Shown here: positions 10,289 to 19,848 of the stretch, in pieces
Numbering within the stretch: the stretch's first letter is position 1
Layout of the letters: each line of letters opens with the position of its first letter
DNA from: Desulfuromonadales bacterium
Lineage (GTDB): Bacteria; Desulfobacterota; Desulfuromonadia; Desulfuromonadales; SZUA-540
DNA length: 64,000 nt
Reading direction: 5' to 3'
Assembly: GCA_033549025.1 (NCBI GenBank)
Contig: JAWSUS010000007.1
Span: forward strand, 85,522-149,521
Program-made: the position numbers and the translations under genes
Notes under the pieces: generated by a model
Told to the model about the DNA's origin: nothing
Databases searched by the model: none
What the model saw: the letters and a program-made list of their open reading frames with translations, nothing else

Positions 10289-11746
10289 ATGAAAGCCGGC
10301 AGACGTTACAAGCACCTCGCACTGCTAAAAACGGCCAAGAACGGAAAACCAACGTTTGCGTTGCTGGCCGAAGATCAGGCCTTGTGTGACTTCTTCGATC
10401 ATTGGGCATACCTGCTCGCCAAAAATAACAGCCCTAACACCGTCCGTGCCTACTCCTACGCAGTTGCAGATTTTCTCAATTATATCGAAGAGATATCAAT
10501 TCGGTTCGGCCCCCTCACCCGGGCCTTGCTTCGTGAGGCAATTGACAGCTATGAGAGCTACCTTGTTTTTGGTGAAGACAGCGATGCTGAGATGGCGGCG
10601 GCGGCGGCCAAGGTGCTTGGCTCAAGAAGCTTGTCGGGAGGCTCCGTCGAGCAGCACTTTGCTGGTGTAAATCGATTTATCGAGCAAAGCGAGAATCTTC
10701 GACAAAGCCTGCAATCTCTCGTAGGTACAGGTTTTTTGTCCGGACCCGCCAGCGCAGCGACAGCGTTGGTGGAGTATGGTTACGCCGACACGCCCGCCAA
10801 GGTTCAGGCAGCGATAAAGGGGAACAGTTGGCTGGCTGGGTGTATCAGCGGTGGTTACAAGAAGTTGGCGAAGAGGGGGTTGGGGAAAAAGGCCAAGGCG
10901 TCAGGCGTGGCTCACACAAATGAACACGGTGGCGACGATAAGACTTTTCCTTATGATCTCGCCGTCGCCACGATTAAACAGGCCCCTTCTACTCGTGAAA
11001 TGCTCTTGTGGTCTCACCTCTGCGCTACTGGATGTAGGGTGCATGAGGCTTTAACAACTCTAATCGATGACATAATCATCGATATCAACGACCCAACCAA
11101 CAATAGTGTTCGTATAGTCGACCCAGAAAAAAGGCGTAATGTGCTCTCTAGGTATCTGACCGAGGAGCAGATCAACATGCTTCCCCATAAAGGTAGACAG
11201 ACAGAGACAACATATATGATTGAACCCTTTGCCTCAATGTTCTGGAAGTATCTCGATAAGTACATCCAAGAGGAGAGGGGTAAGGACAAAGGAAAAGGAA
11301 GGATTGTAACGCACAAGTTTCTTTATAGAAAACTAACCGACGGTGAGCCTTGCGTTAACTCCTACCAAACCCTTTGGGAGCGTTTCCATACTGTTTCCTT
11401 AAAGGTTACAGGGGAGTCTTACGGGTTTCACTCTTTAAGGCATATGTATGCCTACTATTTAGTGAACTTTGCCCCTAATCCAAGCGGTGGCTTTGGTTTC
11501 GATTTGAAGACCGTTGGTGATTTACTTGGTCAAAAAAGTTTAAGTGCAACAAAAAGGTACGCAAGGAAAGACGCGCAATTGCTTAGCATCGCCATAGGCG
11601 CTATGAATTACGAGAGGGATAGGAACCCCCACTTTTCTATTGCAAGCGCAAGACTATCTTTTCTTGAAAAGGAAGTGGAGAAGTTAAAGATGCAGATCGA
11701 GTACAATAATGCGGCCGGGGGGAAAGACATTGGTCAACTTAACTGA
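10289..11746 (+). CDS. Tyrosine recombinase/integrase 1
   Basis: N-terminal SPNTVRAYSYAV (SAM-like) region; catalytic TGCRVHEAL, HKGR, FHSLRHMY, LLGQ, TKRY; ATG 10289 follows GGAGGGG. Confidence 0.88.
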   Translation: MKAGRRYKHLALLKTAKNGKPTFALLAEDQALCDFFDHWAYLLAKNNSPNTVRAYSYAVADFLNYIEEISIRFGPLTRALLREAIDSYESYLVFGEDSDAEMAAAAAKVLGSRSLSGGSVEQHFAGVNRFIEQSENLRQSLQSLVGTGFLSGPASAATALVEYGYADTPAKVQAAIKGNSWLAGCISGGYKKLAKRGLGKKAKASGVAHTNEHGGDDKTFPYDLAVATIKQAPSTREMLLWSHLCATGCRVHEALTTLIDDIIIDINDPTNNSVRIVDPEKRRNVLSRYLTEEQINMLPHKGRQTETTYMIEPFASMFWKYLDKYIQEERGKDKGKGRIVTHKFLYRKLTDGEPCVNSYQTLWERFHTVSLKVTGESYGFHSLRHMYAYYLVNFAPNPSGGFGFDLKTVGDLLGQKSLSATKRYARKDAQLLSIAIGAMNYERDRNPHFSIASARLSFLEKEVEKLKMQIEYNNAAGGKDIGQLN

Positions 11747-14700
11747 TCGCCCGATATGGAATGTAGACGATTCCGAGGTCGGGGTCAAAATAAGAAGAGC
11801 TGTAACCGAGGTTCATCGAATATGTAGAAGCATTATTCCCGTTGGCACAACCGGCAAACAATCAGCTATGGTGCCAACCTTAAAGGTCCTTGAATCGAAA
11901 GACCTTAGAACTATTGACACTTGGTCCATTGACAAGGCGAACAAGTTCATAGATAGGGCCGCACACACCAAGGACGTATCCCCTCCAGGGGGGGTAGATG
12001 ATATTTTTGGCGGAATCGCCAAGTGGGGCGCCACCCGTGGGTTTGGTACCTTCGCAAAGTTGGTGGTGATCCAATTGTGGATTGACGAAGTATTGATCGC
12101 CCCGTTGAATTACGGTGCGCCGTCAAACACAGACCATATACTGGATGCTTTGATCGCCAATGGTGAAAACAGCATCCTCGTTGATGTTCGCTCGGTGAAT
12201 AAACTATCAAAGTTCGAGTATAGGGGGAGCGATAAGTTAGAGGATAGGAATAGGAGGGCCAATCATTGGTTTAGGCTGCTGCTGAATACCTCATTCTATA
12301 AGGTCGAGTCTTTAACCGAAGACGATATTAAAGTCCTTTTAAGGGCTGGTAGTGGCGTTAAAAGCTTGTTGCCGAGGTATTACGTCCCCGACTTCCTTTT
12401 ATCAATTACGGCCAAAAATGCAGAACTAAAGAAAACCGTCTCTGATCTGATTAGTGGCCATAAAGTGTCCGTTGCCGAAGCTTATAGTGCCGGTAGGGCG
12501 GAAAAGGCAACTCTGCCACCTCGGGTTAATAAAGGAGAATTAATTCCTAAGCTCTGTCTCGACTATTCAAGTGGATCGGACCCGGACATATCGCTGGAAG
12601 ATCTGGTTGGCGAGGTTGTTGGGACCATAAACCTTAGGAAGGTTTTCGGTGGCTCCCATGCGGATATGGGTCTGCCCATCTACAAAGGGCTTCCAGATAA
12701 GGTAAGGGATTTTTGTCAGTTAATAAACACGACGTTTTCAAGCTTCATTAGGACGGCAGGGCAAATAAAAGGCGACAATTATATCTTCGCCAAAAATATT
12801 ATGATGTTTTACATATCGGTATGCCTGCCGAGGTTCTATCTGGATAGAGATGGGAGACTAGAAGAGTATCCAACTACGCTTAATGAATTCTCCTGTCCCT
12901 ATTATGTTACAAGGGACTCCTTGTTGGACGATGTTCTCGATTATGACAAGAAGGCTCCAGACACGCTGATATCATTTGTGAACCTGTATTCAGACCTTCA
13001 TGATTGGGTAAACGATACTCTCTATGCTCGTGTGCTGATACTGGAAAAGTATTTTCAGTATATAGTTGACAACAGAACACTGATTCCGAACTCCGATAAA
13101 GTAACAAACACCTTTACTAAGGCCAATTATCCAAGAACAGCCAGGCGAACAGGAACGGCCAAGAAGCCAATACCAAGGAAATACTTCTCCACGTTCGTCG
13201 GATTATTATATACGCTTGAGTATTTGGTGACCCATCTAAACGCCATGGCCGATGGGCTTGCGCCCGGCTCAATTAACGGCAGTCTGCAATATGTGACCAG
13301 GGCCGAACTTGAAGAGCGGCATCTGTGGAGGGGGCTGTGGGGTAAGCCGGGGAGTATCGGCGGCCTGCTTGACCTGTCTTTATTGAACTACACGCCGATA
13401 TATTTACACGGAGGCAAATATAGGCCGCTAAAAAAGTGTCACAGGTTCTACAGTATTTCAGAGTACGAACAGAAAGACGGTGTTCCTATCTCTTACGCAA
13501 GCCCTCACGAGATAAGAGCAACCATCCTGATGTGTGAAACAGGTATAAGACAAAAGCACCTACTATGGTTGGACGTCGACCGGTATGACTGTTTTGTCGA
13601 TAGAAGCCACGACCATGTACTATGCCCGTTGCTTGTAAATACAGACAAGGCCCATGATGAATGGACTGCTATCGTCAGCGCCAGGGTCATTAAAGTATGT
13701 GATCGACAAAGAGATTTTTACTTAAACTGTGGTGACCCGAGCTTTGACGAAAATATGTGGTACAGCGAAAGTGAAGGAGCCAAGTTCGGCAAGTTCAAAC
13801 CGCTGTTCCGCCAGCCAAAGGCCGCAACCAGTTGGACGAACCATATAGCATTCCCCAAACTCCTCTGGACATTGCAGCACATCATTCACGAGGATCTGAA
13901 GGAGTATGATGCTCCTGACCTTGTCATGCTTGCGTCCACCACTGGAAAAGGAGAGCGAACCGAAGTCATCGAATATACAGAAAAATCCCTGTCCGGATAC
14001 AGGATTATCAGCAAGCACACCCCGCATGCGCTTCGGGCGGGCTTTGTGACAGAGGCCATCAGGTTTCTGCCCCCGTCGCTGATCGGTGAGTGTATGACCG
14101 GCCAAACGGAGTCCTTGGTCTGGTATTACACCGTCACCGACCCTAATGACTTCACGAGCCACCAGCAGTTGCTGGCCAACTACCTATCCAAAAACGCAGA
14201 GGCAATATCACGAGGAGACGCTCCAGAGCTGGCCGCAACCGTGGCGAAGGTAAACAAAAAGCTGATGTCCGCTATTGAGGCCGACCCGGCCGCCGCAGTA
14301 GAAAAATATAAGCTTATGAGCCTCACCGGGATCTCGGAAGACAAGACGGGTCTGAAGCTGGTCCTAGCCAAAAAGCACACGAAGCTGGCCTTTAACCCGT
14401 CTCATATATGCCCATTCGACAACAGGTGCCCCAAGGAGGTCTTCGAGGCGTACGGGCCGAATAGGCCGTGTGCTCTCTGTACGTATTCGATTCGAGGTGT
14501 CCCTCACTTGCCTGCGGTCAGCGCTTGCAAGAGCAAGAACTTTGAGCTGATGGGCGAATATCAACAAAAAATCATCGAATACATTAAGCGGCCGAAGTCG
14601 GCCCAAAATGCAAGTGAGCTAGAAAAGCTCAACGATGAACATGACAATGCTATGCGAGAAGCAACGGCGCTAGAAGCGATAGAACAGCAGCTCTATGCCC

Positions 14701-15086
14701 TGTCAGAGTCCGAAGACAGTAATGCCTACATTGTGCAAGAGAAGGATGCCCTAGTGGCACACTTTGAGAAGGTCGAACTTAACGAGGCAGAGCACCTTAT
14801 AAAAAGGCTTGTCGACGTGCAGAACTTTCCAGATCTTGACAGTCCCACCATCCAACGGAAATTCGCCTATCTAAGAAAGAAGCTCCTCATTAATGATGGT
14901 GACTTGGCCGGTCTTTTAAGTGACTTCGACGGAGAAACAGAGGTTAAATTATTGACATCACAGTTGAAGAGCATGATGGATGTGAAGAAACTTGGAGTAA
15001 AGGAGATATTTAAAATAGCCTCTTCAAATCCAAGGACTGAGCAAAACCTTTCATCCGGTTCTTCGATAAAGAATCTCTTGACCTAA
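11709..15086 (+). CDS. Large (~1120 aa) tyrosine recombinase 2 with long N-terminal region and Cys-rich C-terminus
   Basis: ETGIR, NTDKAH, TPHALRAGFVT, TGQ-x5-WYY catalytic set; C-terminal CPFxxxC...CxxC; overlaps integrase 1 (start may be TTG 11730). Confidence 0.8.
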   Translation: MRPGGKTLVNLTDRPIWNVDDSEVGVKIRRAVTEVHRICRSIIPVGTTGKQSAMVPTLKVLESKDLRTIDTWSIDKANKFIDRAAHTKDVSPPGGVDDIFGGIAKWGATRGFGTFAKLVVIQLWIDEVLIAPLNYGAPSNTDHILDALIANGENSILVDVRSVNKLSKFEYRGSDKLEDRNRRANHWFRLLLNTSFYKVESLTEDDIKVLLRAGSGVKSLLPRYYVPDFLLSITAKNAELKKTVSDLISGHKVSVAEAYSAGRAEKATLPPRVNKGELIPKLCLDYSSGSDPDISLEDLVGEVVGTINLRKVFGGSHADMGLPIYKGLPDKVRDFCQLINTTFSSFIRTAGQIKGDNYIFAKNIMMFYISVCLPRFYLDRDGRLEEYPTTLNEFSCPYYVTRDSLLDDVLDYDKKAPDTLISFVNLYSDLHDWVNDTLYARVLILEKYFQYIVDNRTLIPNSDKVTNTFTKANYPRTARRTGTAKKPIPRKYFSTFVGLLYTLEYLVTHLNAMADGLAPGSINGSLQYVTRAELEERHLWRGLWGKPGSIGGLLDLSLLNYTPIYLHGGKYRPLKKCHRFYSISEYEQKDGVPISYASPHEIRATILMCETGIRQKHLLWLDVDRYDCFVDRSHDHVLCPLLVNTDKAHDEWTAIVSARVIKVCDRQRDFYLNCGDPSFDENMWYSESEGAKFGKFKPLFRQPKAATSWTNHIAFPKLLWTLQHIIHEDLKEYDAPDLVMLASTTGKGERTEVIEYTEKSLSGYRIISKHTPHALRAGFVTEAIRFLPPSLIGECMTGQTESLVWYYTVTDPNDFTSHQQLLANYLSKNAEAISRGDAPELAATVAKVNKKLMSAIEADPAAAVEKYKLMSLTGISEDKTGLKLVLAKKHTKLAFNPSHICPFDNRCPKEVFEAYGPNRPCALCTYSIRGVPHLPAVSACKSKNFELMGEYQQKIIEYIKRPKSAQNASELEKLNDEHDNAMREATALEAIEQQLYALSESEDSNAYIVQEKDALVAHFEKVELNEAEHLIKRLVDVQNFPDLDSPTIQRKFAYLRKKLLINDGDLAGLLSDFDGETEVKLLTSQLKSMMDVKKLGVKEIFKIASSNPRTEQNLSSGSSIKNLLT

Positions 15087-15109
15087 AACAGCGTCTGGGG
15101 GGGTGTATT

Positions 15110-15754
15110 ATGGTGGCTAAGAAGAAGAGAACGTTTGATCCCTTTGAGGAGCATAGGGAAGGGAAGGTCAATAAAAGACTTCGCCACGTAAGGACTTCCC
15201 TTTCGATTTTGAAGAATAGCAAATACAATAGCATGACAAAGCTCGCCGAGGCTGTTGCGGCGCTTGTTACCGAGTTCGAGTTGAGGGATGCGGGGGTTAA
15301 TGAAAAGACCGATGAAATAAAGGGTTGCGACCCATCGGCGCTGATTCGGAGTGGCTCTAAGTATAGAGAGGCCATACAAGCAGGCTGGGAGATACGTCAG
15401 GGCGGTAGTGAAAAGGAAGGCGAGGGTGTTTCCGAGTTAGAGTCTCTAAAGATCAGGTGCGCAAACCTCGCCCACCATAACGATCTGCTAGAAAGAAGGC
15501 TTGAGCATAAGGGTCTGACTGCACTGCTCGAGCAGCCTAATGCTGCGCTAGAGGAAAAGGTCAAGGATATTAGGGCCTTGCTTGACATTATCAACGGGGT
15601 GTTTGGGCAAGTGGCAGACTTGTTCACGACGGTACTGGAGGGGGATGAAGACTCTGAGCACCCCGAGGCGGGTCTGTACGGGCCGCATGGCCTGGCTGTG
15701 GGAATTGAGGCGTTGAAGCGCCTTAAGGGGGCGCAAGATGGACAAAAAGATTAG
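15110..15754 (+). CDS. Hypothetical protein, third gene of the recombinase operon (coiled-coil; possible accessory factor)
   Basis: Co-directional 214-aa ORF that overlaps the next gene; function inferred from position only. Confidence 0.6.
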   Translation: MVAKKKRTFDPFEEHREGKVNKRLRHVRTSLSILKNSKYNSMTKLAEAVAALVTEFELRDAGVNEKTDEIKGCDPSALIRSGSKYREAIQAGWEIRQGGSEKEGEGVSELESLKIRCANLAHHNDLLERRLEHKGLTALLEQPNAALEEKVKDIRALLDIINGVFGQVADLFTTVLEGDEDSEHPEAGLYGPHGLAVGIEALKRLKGAQDGQKD

Positions 15755-16217
15755 TCCCCATGAGAAGGGCATCCTGAACGCCAAGAACTACGCCAAGTAC
15801 GTTAAGGGCCTGGAAGAAAACGGGAAGCAGTTTCCGGTTAATCAGTTTGGCGAGGTCAATAAGGAGGCTGTCGCTGCGGCCTGTGGCTTTAATCGTCAGG
15901 TCTTCAACCCAAAGAGTAACAAGAAGATGGCGGATCGCCTGGCGGCCGACGTAGATAGGATCGGGATTGAAGGTGAATATATACCGCCACAAGCCCCGGG
16001 AGAGTCAGAAGGTGCACTGGCCAGGAGGGCAAAGAAAAGTGCGGAGACCGTTAGCAAGCTCAGGAAGGATCTGGCCATAGAGAAAGAAAAGGTCACGTCT
16101 CTTGAGGTGCAAATAAAAAAGCTCGAATACGAGCTTGATACGCTTAAACAGTCATCTGCCGAGCAGAAGAACAGCTTTGACTTTATGGTTTCCACCGGCA
16201 GAAGGTTCACTCTATGA
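15738..16217 (+). CDS. Small HTH/coiled-coil accessory protein (resembles VPA1267 family)
   Basis: GEVNKEAVAAACGFNRQVF HTH-like segment, C-terminal coiled coil ending TGRRFTL; ATGA overlap with the helicase. Confidence 0.55.
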   Translation: MDKKISPHEKGILNAKNYAKYVKGLEENGKQFPVNQFGEVNKEAVAAACGFNRQVFNPKSNKKMADRLAADVDRIGIEGEYIPPQAPGESEGALARRAKKSAETVSKLRKDLAIEKEKVTSLEVQIKKLEYELDTLKQSSAEQKNSFDFMVSTGRRFTL

Positions 16218-18388
16218 GAATCTCCGAAATCGTCGAAGTCAGAAATGTATGGCCTTCCCCGTTTGGTGGCGCCATGTTTAAGTGCGTAAAAGCCGGAGGA
16301 AGTCGACTGTTCTTATGCAAGGCAGGATACAACGTTCTTGCCAGGATACCCAAGGAGTCTGAGTTCTGGAAAATAACCGGAGATATGACCTACACCCAAG
16401 AAAATGGTGTCGTTTGTAATGTTATTTCGGCTGTGGTCACCGGCCTGCCATCAGACAAATATGTCGGCGGCCTGTTGAAAACCCATGATGCCTTCAGGGG
16501 TTTCGATTTCGGTCTAAAGAAGATCGACCGGCTCCTCGATGCTACCGCCGACTCCGACCTCGTTGATATGCTCAACAGTGGGGATTGGCAGTCCATCTCA
16601 AACACCGGGTTGAGCGAGAAGATATCTAAGCGGGTGTGCGAAGAGTGGGGCAAGCTGAAGGAGGAGAGGGATCTAGCTACCTTCTTGCACGACCATCAGC
16701 TTGACAGTAGCTTGGCCTCCAAGGTCATCAAAATGTGCTCCCGCAACCCCATGGAGAGGCTAAAGAATAACCCCTTCTCCCTGCTCGCCTTGAGCAACGC
16801 TACAATCCGGAACCTGCAAGATATCGCAGGGATAGCCAGCAGGCTGGGCATTGACGAAAACGATGACCGGACTCTTGTTGGCCTCGTAGAGTTTGCCCTG
16901 TATGAGGCTCTGGAGGATGGGAGCACCATTGTCGAGGTCGACGCCCTGAGGGCCAGGATCTCCGAACTCAGCAAGCTGGTGGGCACTACCCTGCCACCAG
17001 ACGCCGCCATCTGTGCAGCATTGAAGATCAAGGCCGTCTGTGTGTTTACGGAGGACGGCAAATACTTTATTCAGTTGATCGGAGTTGCCTACATCGAACA
17101 AAGTGTCGAGAAAAAGCTTTCCTGGCTACAAAAACAGCCAATGCAGCTTCGACTGAAAGAGTTGTCTGGGGGCACCCTGACTGAAAAGGTGAGCGCCTAC
17201 AATAAGCGACTGCGTAACAGTGAGGGATATTCGCTTACAAACCAACAGTGTGATGCAGTTGAAATGGCTCTCTCTAACAGACTTTCCTTGCTGTCAGGTT
17301 TTGGTGGTACGGGTAAAACGACTGTTCTTAAAGCCATAGTTGAGCTTGCCGAAGAATTTGAAATACCAGTACATGTCTGTGCTTTAGCTGGAAAGGCGGC
17401 CGACAGAGCGCGGCAGTCAATCAACCGTGAAACCTTCACTATTCATGGGTTGATATACGAGATAATAAAATCCAACGGTAAGGTTAATAAGGGGTCAGAT
17501 CCGCTCATTATCATTGATGAGTCCTCCATGGTCGACATTTCACTTGTCAGGAAATTCCTTTCTTCATTCGGCGATAGCCCATTTAAGGTTCTGCTGGTCG
17601 GAGATACTGCACAGTTGGCTCCAATTGGGTTTGGCTTGTTCTGGCACGAGATGGTTAAGTCGGACGTGCCGAAGGTTCACTTGACCAAGGTCCATCGCCA
17701 GTTGGCAGGAAGCCCCCTGCATAATGCGGCAATGCATATCAGAGAGGGCCAAATTCACGCCCTGGAGAAGTATTCGGGCCAAGAGGAGGGTATCTACCTT
17801 CTCGGAAGCATCGGCGACCCCAGGGTGGCGATACGCGATCTCATGAGGGAGGTGGATGCGGTTACGCTTACTTCGTACTCCAGCGACCGAATCGCTGGCT
17901 CATCAAGCCAGCTAAACGCTTACCTGCAAGGCGAACTTAACTCCAAGAGAGGAGTAAGTATGGGGCTTGCCACTATAGCTTTAAAGACTGGCGATCCAGT
18001 TATTGCGACGATCAACAACCAGGCGCTGGGCATTTACAATGGTATGGCGGGCTTTGTTAAGTCCATCGTTATTGATGGCGACGGTACAATGGGCTGCAAT
18101 ATCAAGTTTGACGACAGATCAAGCGAGATATTACTTTCGAGGGACGAGTGTTTCGAGGTTGGTCTCGATCTGGGATATGCCATAACTATTCATAAATCCC
18201 AGGGCAGCGAATATGAAAGCTGTATTGTCTGCTTGAGTAAGAACCTTGAAAGAAGTGCTATATACACCGCTGTAACAAGGACAAAGAAACTCTGCATTAT
18301 TGTAGGCACTCAGCAGCAATATAATGATGCCGTCCGGGGGGAGCCGCGATACGAGCAGATCCAGTGTGGGTTTAGGTGCGCAGCCTAG
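16214..18388 (+). CDS. RecD2-like SF1B helicase
   Basis: Walker A GFGGTGKT, IIDESSMVD, VGDTAQLAPIG, HRQ, YAITIHKSQGSE, YTAVTR; NPF/HhH N-terminal region. Confidence 0.88.
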   Translation: MRISEIVEVRNVWPSPFGGAMFKCVKAGGSRLFLCKAGYNVLARIPKESEFWKITGDMTYTQENGVVCNVISAVVTGLPSDKYVGGLLKTHDAFRGFDFGLKKIDRLLDATADSDLVDMLNSGDWQSISNTGLSEKISKRVCEEWGKLKEERDLATFLHDHQLDSSLASKVIKMCSRNPMERLKNNPFSLLALSNATIRNLQDIAGIASRLGIDENDDRTLVGLVEFALYEALEDGSTIVEVDALRARISELSKLVGTTLPPDAAICAALKIKAVCVFTEDGKYFIQLIGVAYIEQSVEKKLSWLQKQPMQLRLKELSGGTLTEKVSAYNKRLRNSEGYSLTNQQCDAVEMALSNRLSLLSGFGGTGKTTVLKAIVELAEEFEIPVHVCALAGKAADRARQSINRETFTIHGLIYEIIKSNGKVNKGSDPLIIIDESSMVDISLVRKFLSSFGDSPFKVLLVGDTAQLAPIGFGLFWHEMVKSDVPKVHLTKVHRQLAGSPLHNAAMHIREGQIHALEKYSGQEEGIYLLGSIGDPRVAIRDLMREVDAVTLTSYSSDRIAGSSSQLNAYLQGELNSKRGVSMGLATIALKTGDPVIATINNQALGIYNGMAGFVKSIVIDGDGTMGCNIKFDDRSSEILLSRDECFEVGLDLGYAITIHKSQGSEYESCIVCLSKNLERSAIYTAVTRTKKLCIIVGTQQQYNDAVRGEPRYEQIQCGFRCAA

Positions 18389-18465
18389 GTCGCCCGGCAT
18401 CGCTGCCGCCGGCGGTGGCGGCTGGAAAACCAACATTGAGGCATTGACTCGGAAGAGGCACAGAG

Positions 18466-19125
18466 ATGTATCCAATCAAGTCGATCGTCTATTGGCTAGT
18501 TGTAGTTTTTGGCGTCTGTTTTTCTTTGAGTGGGTGCGCTGGTCTTATCCATACTGAAACAACACGTATAAAGGTTGAAGGTCTCATTGTTACTGACAGG
18601 GAGCATTTAACTGAGTGGTCGGAGTTTTTCAGTTCCCCAGATTCCAGGGTAAAAATTATTTCGGAAGAGGATAGCCTAGTACAAGCCTCGGACTTGGAAG
18701 TTGAGAATAAATTCTATCATGTCTCTTATTTGCCATACTACCAAGGGTTTTGCGAAGATTTCCGAAACGAAGGTCTTGTTGAAAAAGTTCAACGGGAATT
18801 TAAAAAGAAGAATGAAGGTATTATTGTCGAAAGCGCTAGTGTAGACGAAAAAACATTACAGAATTGCAAGGATGGACTTCAGAGCAGCGTAATTTGGTCG
18901 ACCAACAACGACTCACACGTAGCCGAATTGCCCTTGACTATATATATGACTCTGGACTCCCTAGTAGAGAGTAAATACAAATATGAGTGGGCTGGAACGC
19001 GATGTGCTGATGGATGGATATCCTCTTCGACCGGAAGAGGAGCCTGCTCCTGGCACGGAGGGGTAGCTGGATCTGTGTATAGGAAAAGATACCTAGTTGA
19101 TAAGAATAGCCCATTATTCCCCTAG
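18466..19125 (+). CDS. Lipoprotein with C-terminal DUF3761-like Cys/His motif
   Basis: Signal peptide with LSGC lipobox; CADGWISSSTGRGACSWHGGV. Confidence 0.65.
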   Translation: MYPIKSIVYWLVVVFGVCFSLSGCAGLIHTETTRIKVEGLIVTDREHLTEWSEFFSSPDSRVKIISEEDSLVQASDLEVENKFYHVSYLPYYQGFCEDFRNEGLVEKVQREFKKKNEGIIVESASVDEKTLQNCKDGLQSSVIWSTNNDSHVAELPLTIYMTLDSLVESKYKYEWAGTRCADGWISSSTGRGACSWHGGVAGSVYRKRYLVDKNSPLFP

Positions 19126-19148
19126 CCCTATCGACCGCGCGGTCTACG

Positions 19149-19372
19149 TTGAGGACATTCCTTCCCGTCTCCTCACGATACAACCCGTTCTATGGCCATA
19201 CCCTTAAAGGCGCACTGAAGCAAATCAAACGCCTACTTGGCTGGGAAGCCGAAAATGCCTACGTTGACAAGGGCAACCCGAAGCAACTGGGCAAGACCAA
19301 TGTTCATCTGAACATGGAACTTTATTCGATTGTGGCCTGAAGGCGAAATTTCGAGTTTTTCAGGGACGACTA
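19149..19372 (+). mobile_element. IS5-family (IS1478-like) remnant: transposase fragment plus right terminal IR
   Basis: Peptide NPFYGHTL...AYVDKG resembles the IS5 DDE segment; ends TTTTTCAGGGACGACTA (19356-19372). Confidence 0.6.
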
Positions 19373-19848
19373 TTGTAAAAGACGACGTCTAAATCGAGAT
19401 AAGAACAAAAAAGGAAAAAGGGGCTCCCGCTTATTCTCCAAGCGCGTGGACGCCATTGGTTAACATTGCCATACAAAACAAGCATTGACGGGTTGTCGAC
19501 GTAATTATCTGGAAACCTAGCTATATTTCTCAGGGCTTTTTTGTCTTTTCCGCTGAGGATTCCAGGCCCCGATGGGTGCGTATGCCAATCTCCCAAGTAA
19601 AAAATCTGCCCATCTTTTTCATCATAAATCCGCCCCATCTCTTCTCTCTGATAGTCTTCATCGGGGCTAAAAAAGCATTCCCCATGCACAGCATTAAGGC
19701 CTGGCCCGACCATGCCTGTGGCAACGATCTCTGTATTGTCTCTTGAGAAGTAACCGACTAAAAGCCCCCCTGTTTCCAGGGGGGCTTTATCGTTCGCCTC
19801 ATCAAGCATCTCTTGATAAACGTTATTATTTATCCAGATCCTTTTCAT
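19360..19848 (-). CDS. JAB/MPN+ (Prok-JAB) metallo-isopeptidase
   Basis: ETGG catalytic Glu and YLGDWHTHP-x6-S-x2-D JAMM motif; ATGA overlap with the upstream E2-E1 gene. Confidence 0.9.
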   Translation of the reverse strand: MKRIWINNNVYQEMLDEANDKAPLETGGLLVGYFSRDNTEIVATGMVGPGLNAVHGECFFSPDEDYQREEMGRIYDEKDGQIFYLGDWHTHPSGPGILSGKDKKALRNIARFPDNYVDNPSMLVLYGNVNQWRPRAWRISGSPFFLFCSYLDLDVVFYNSRP

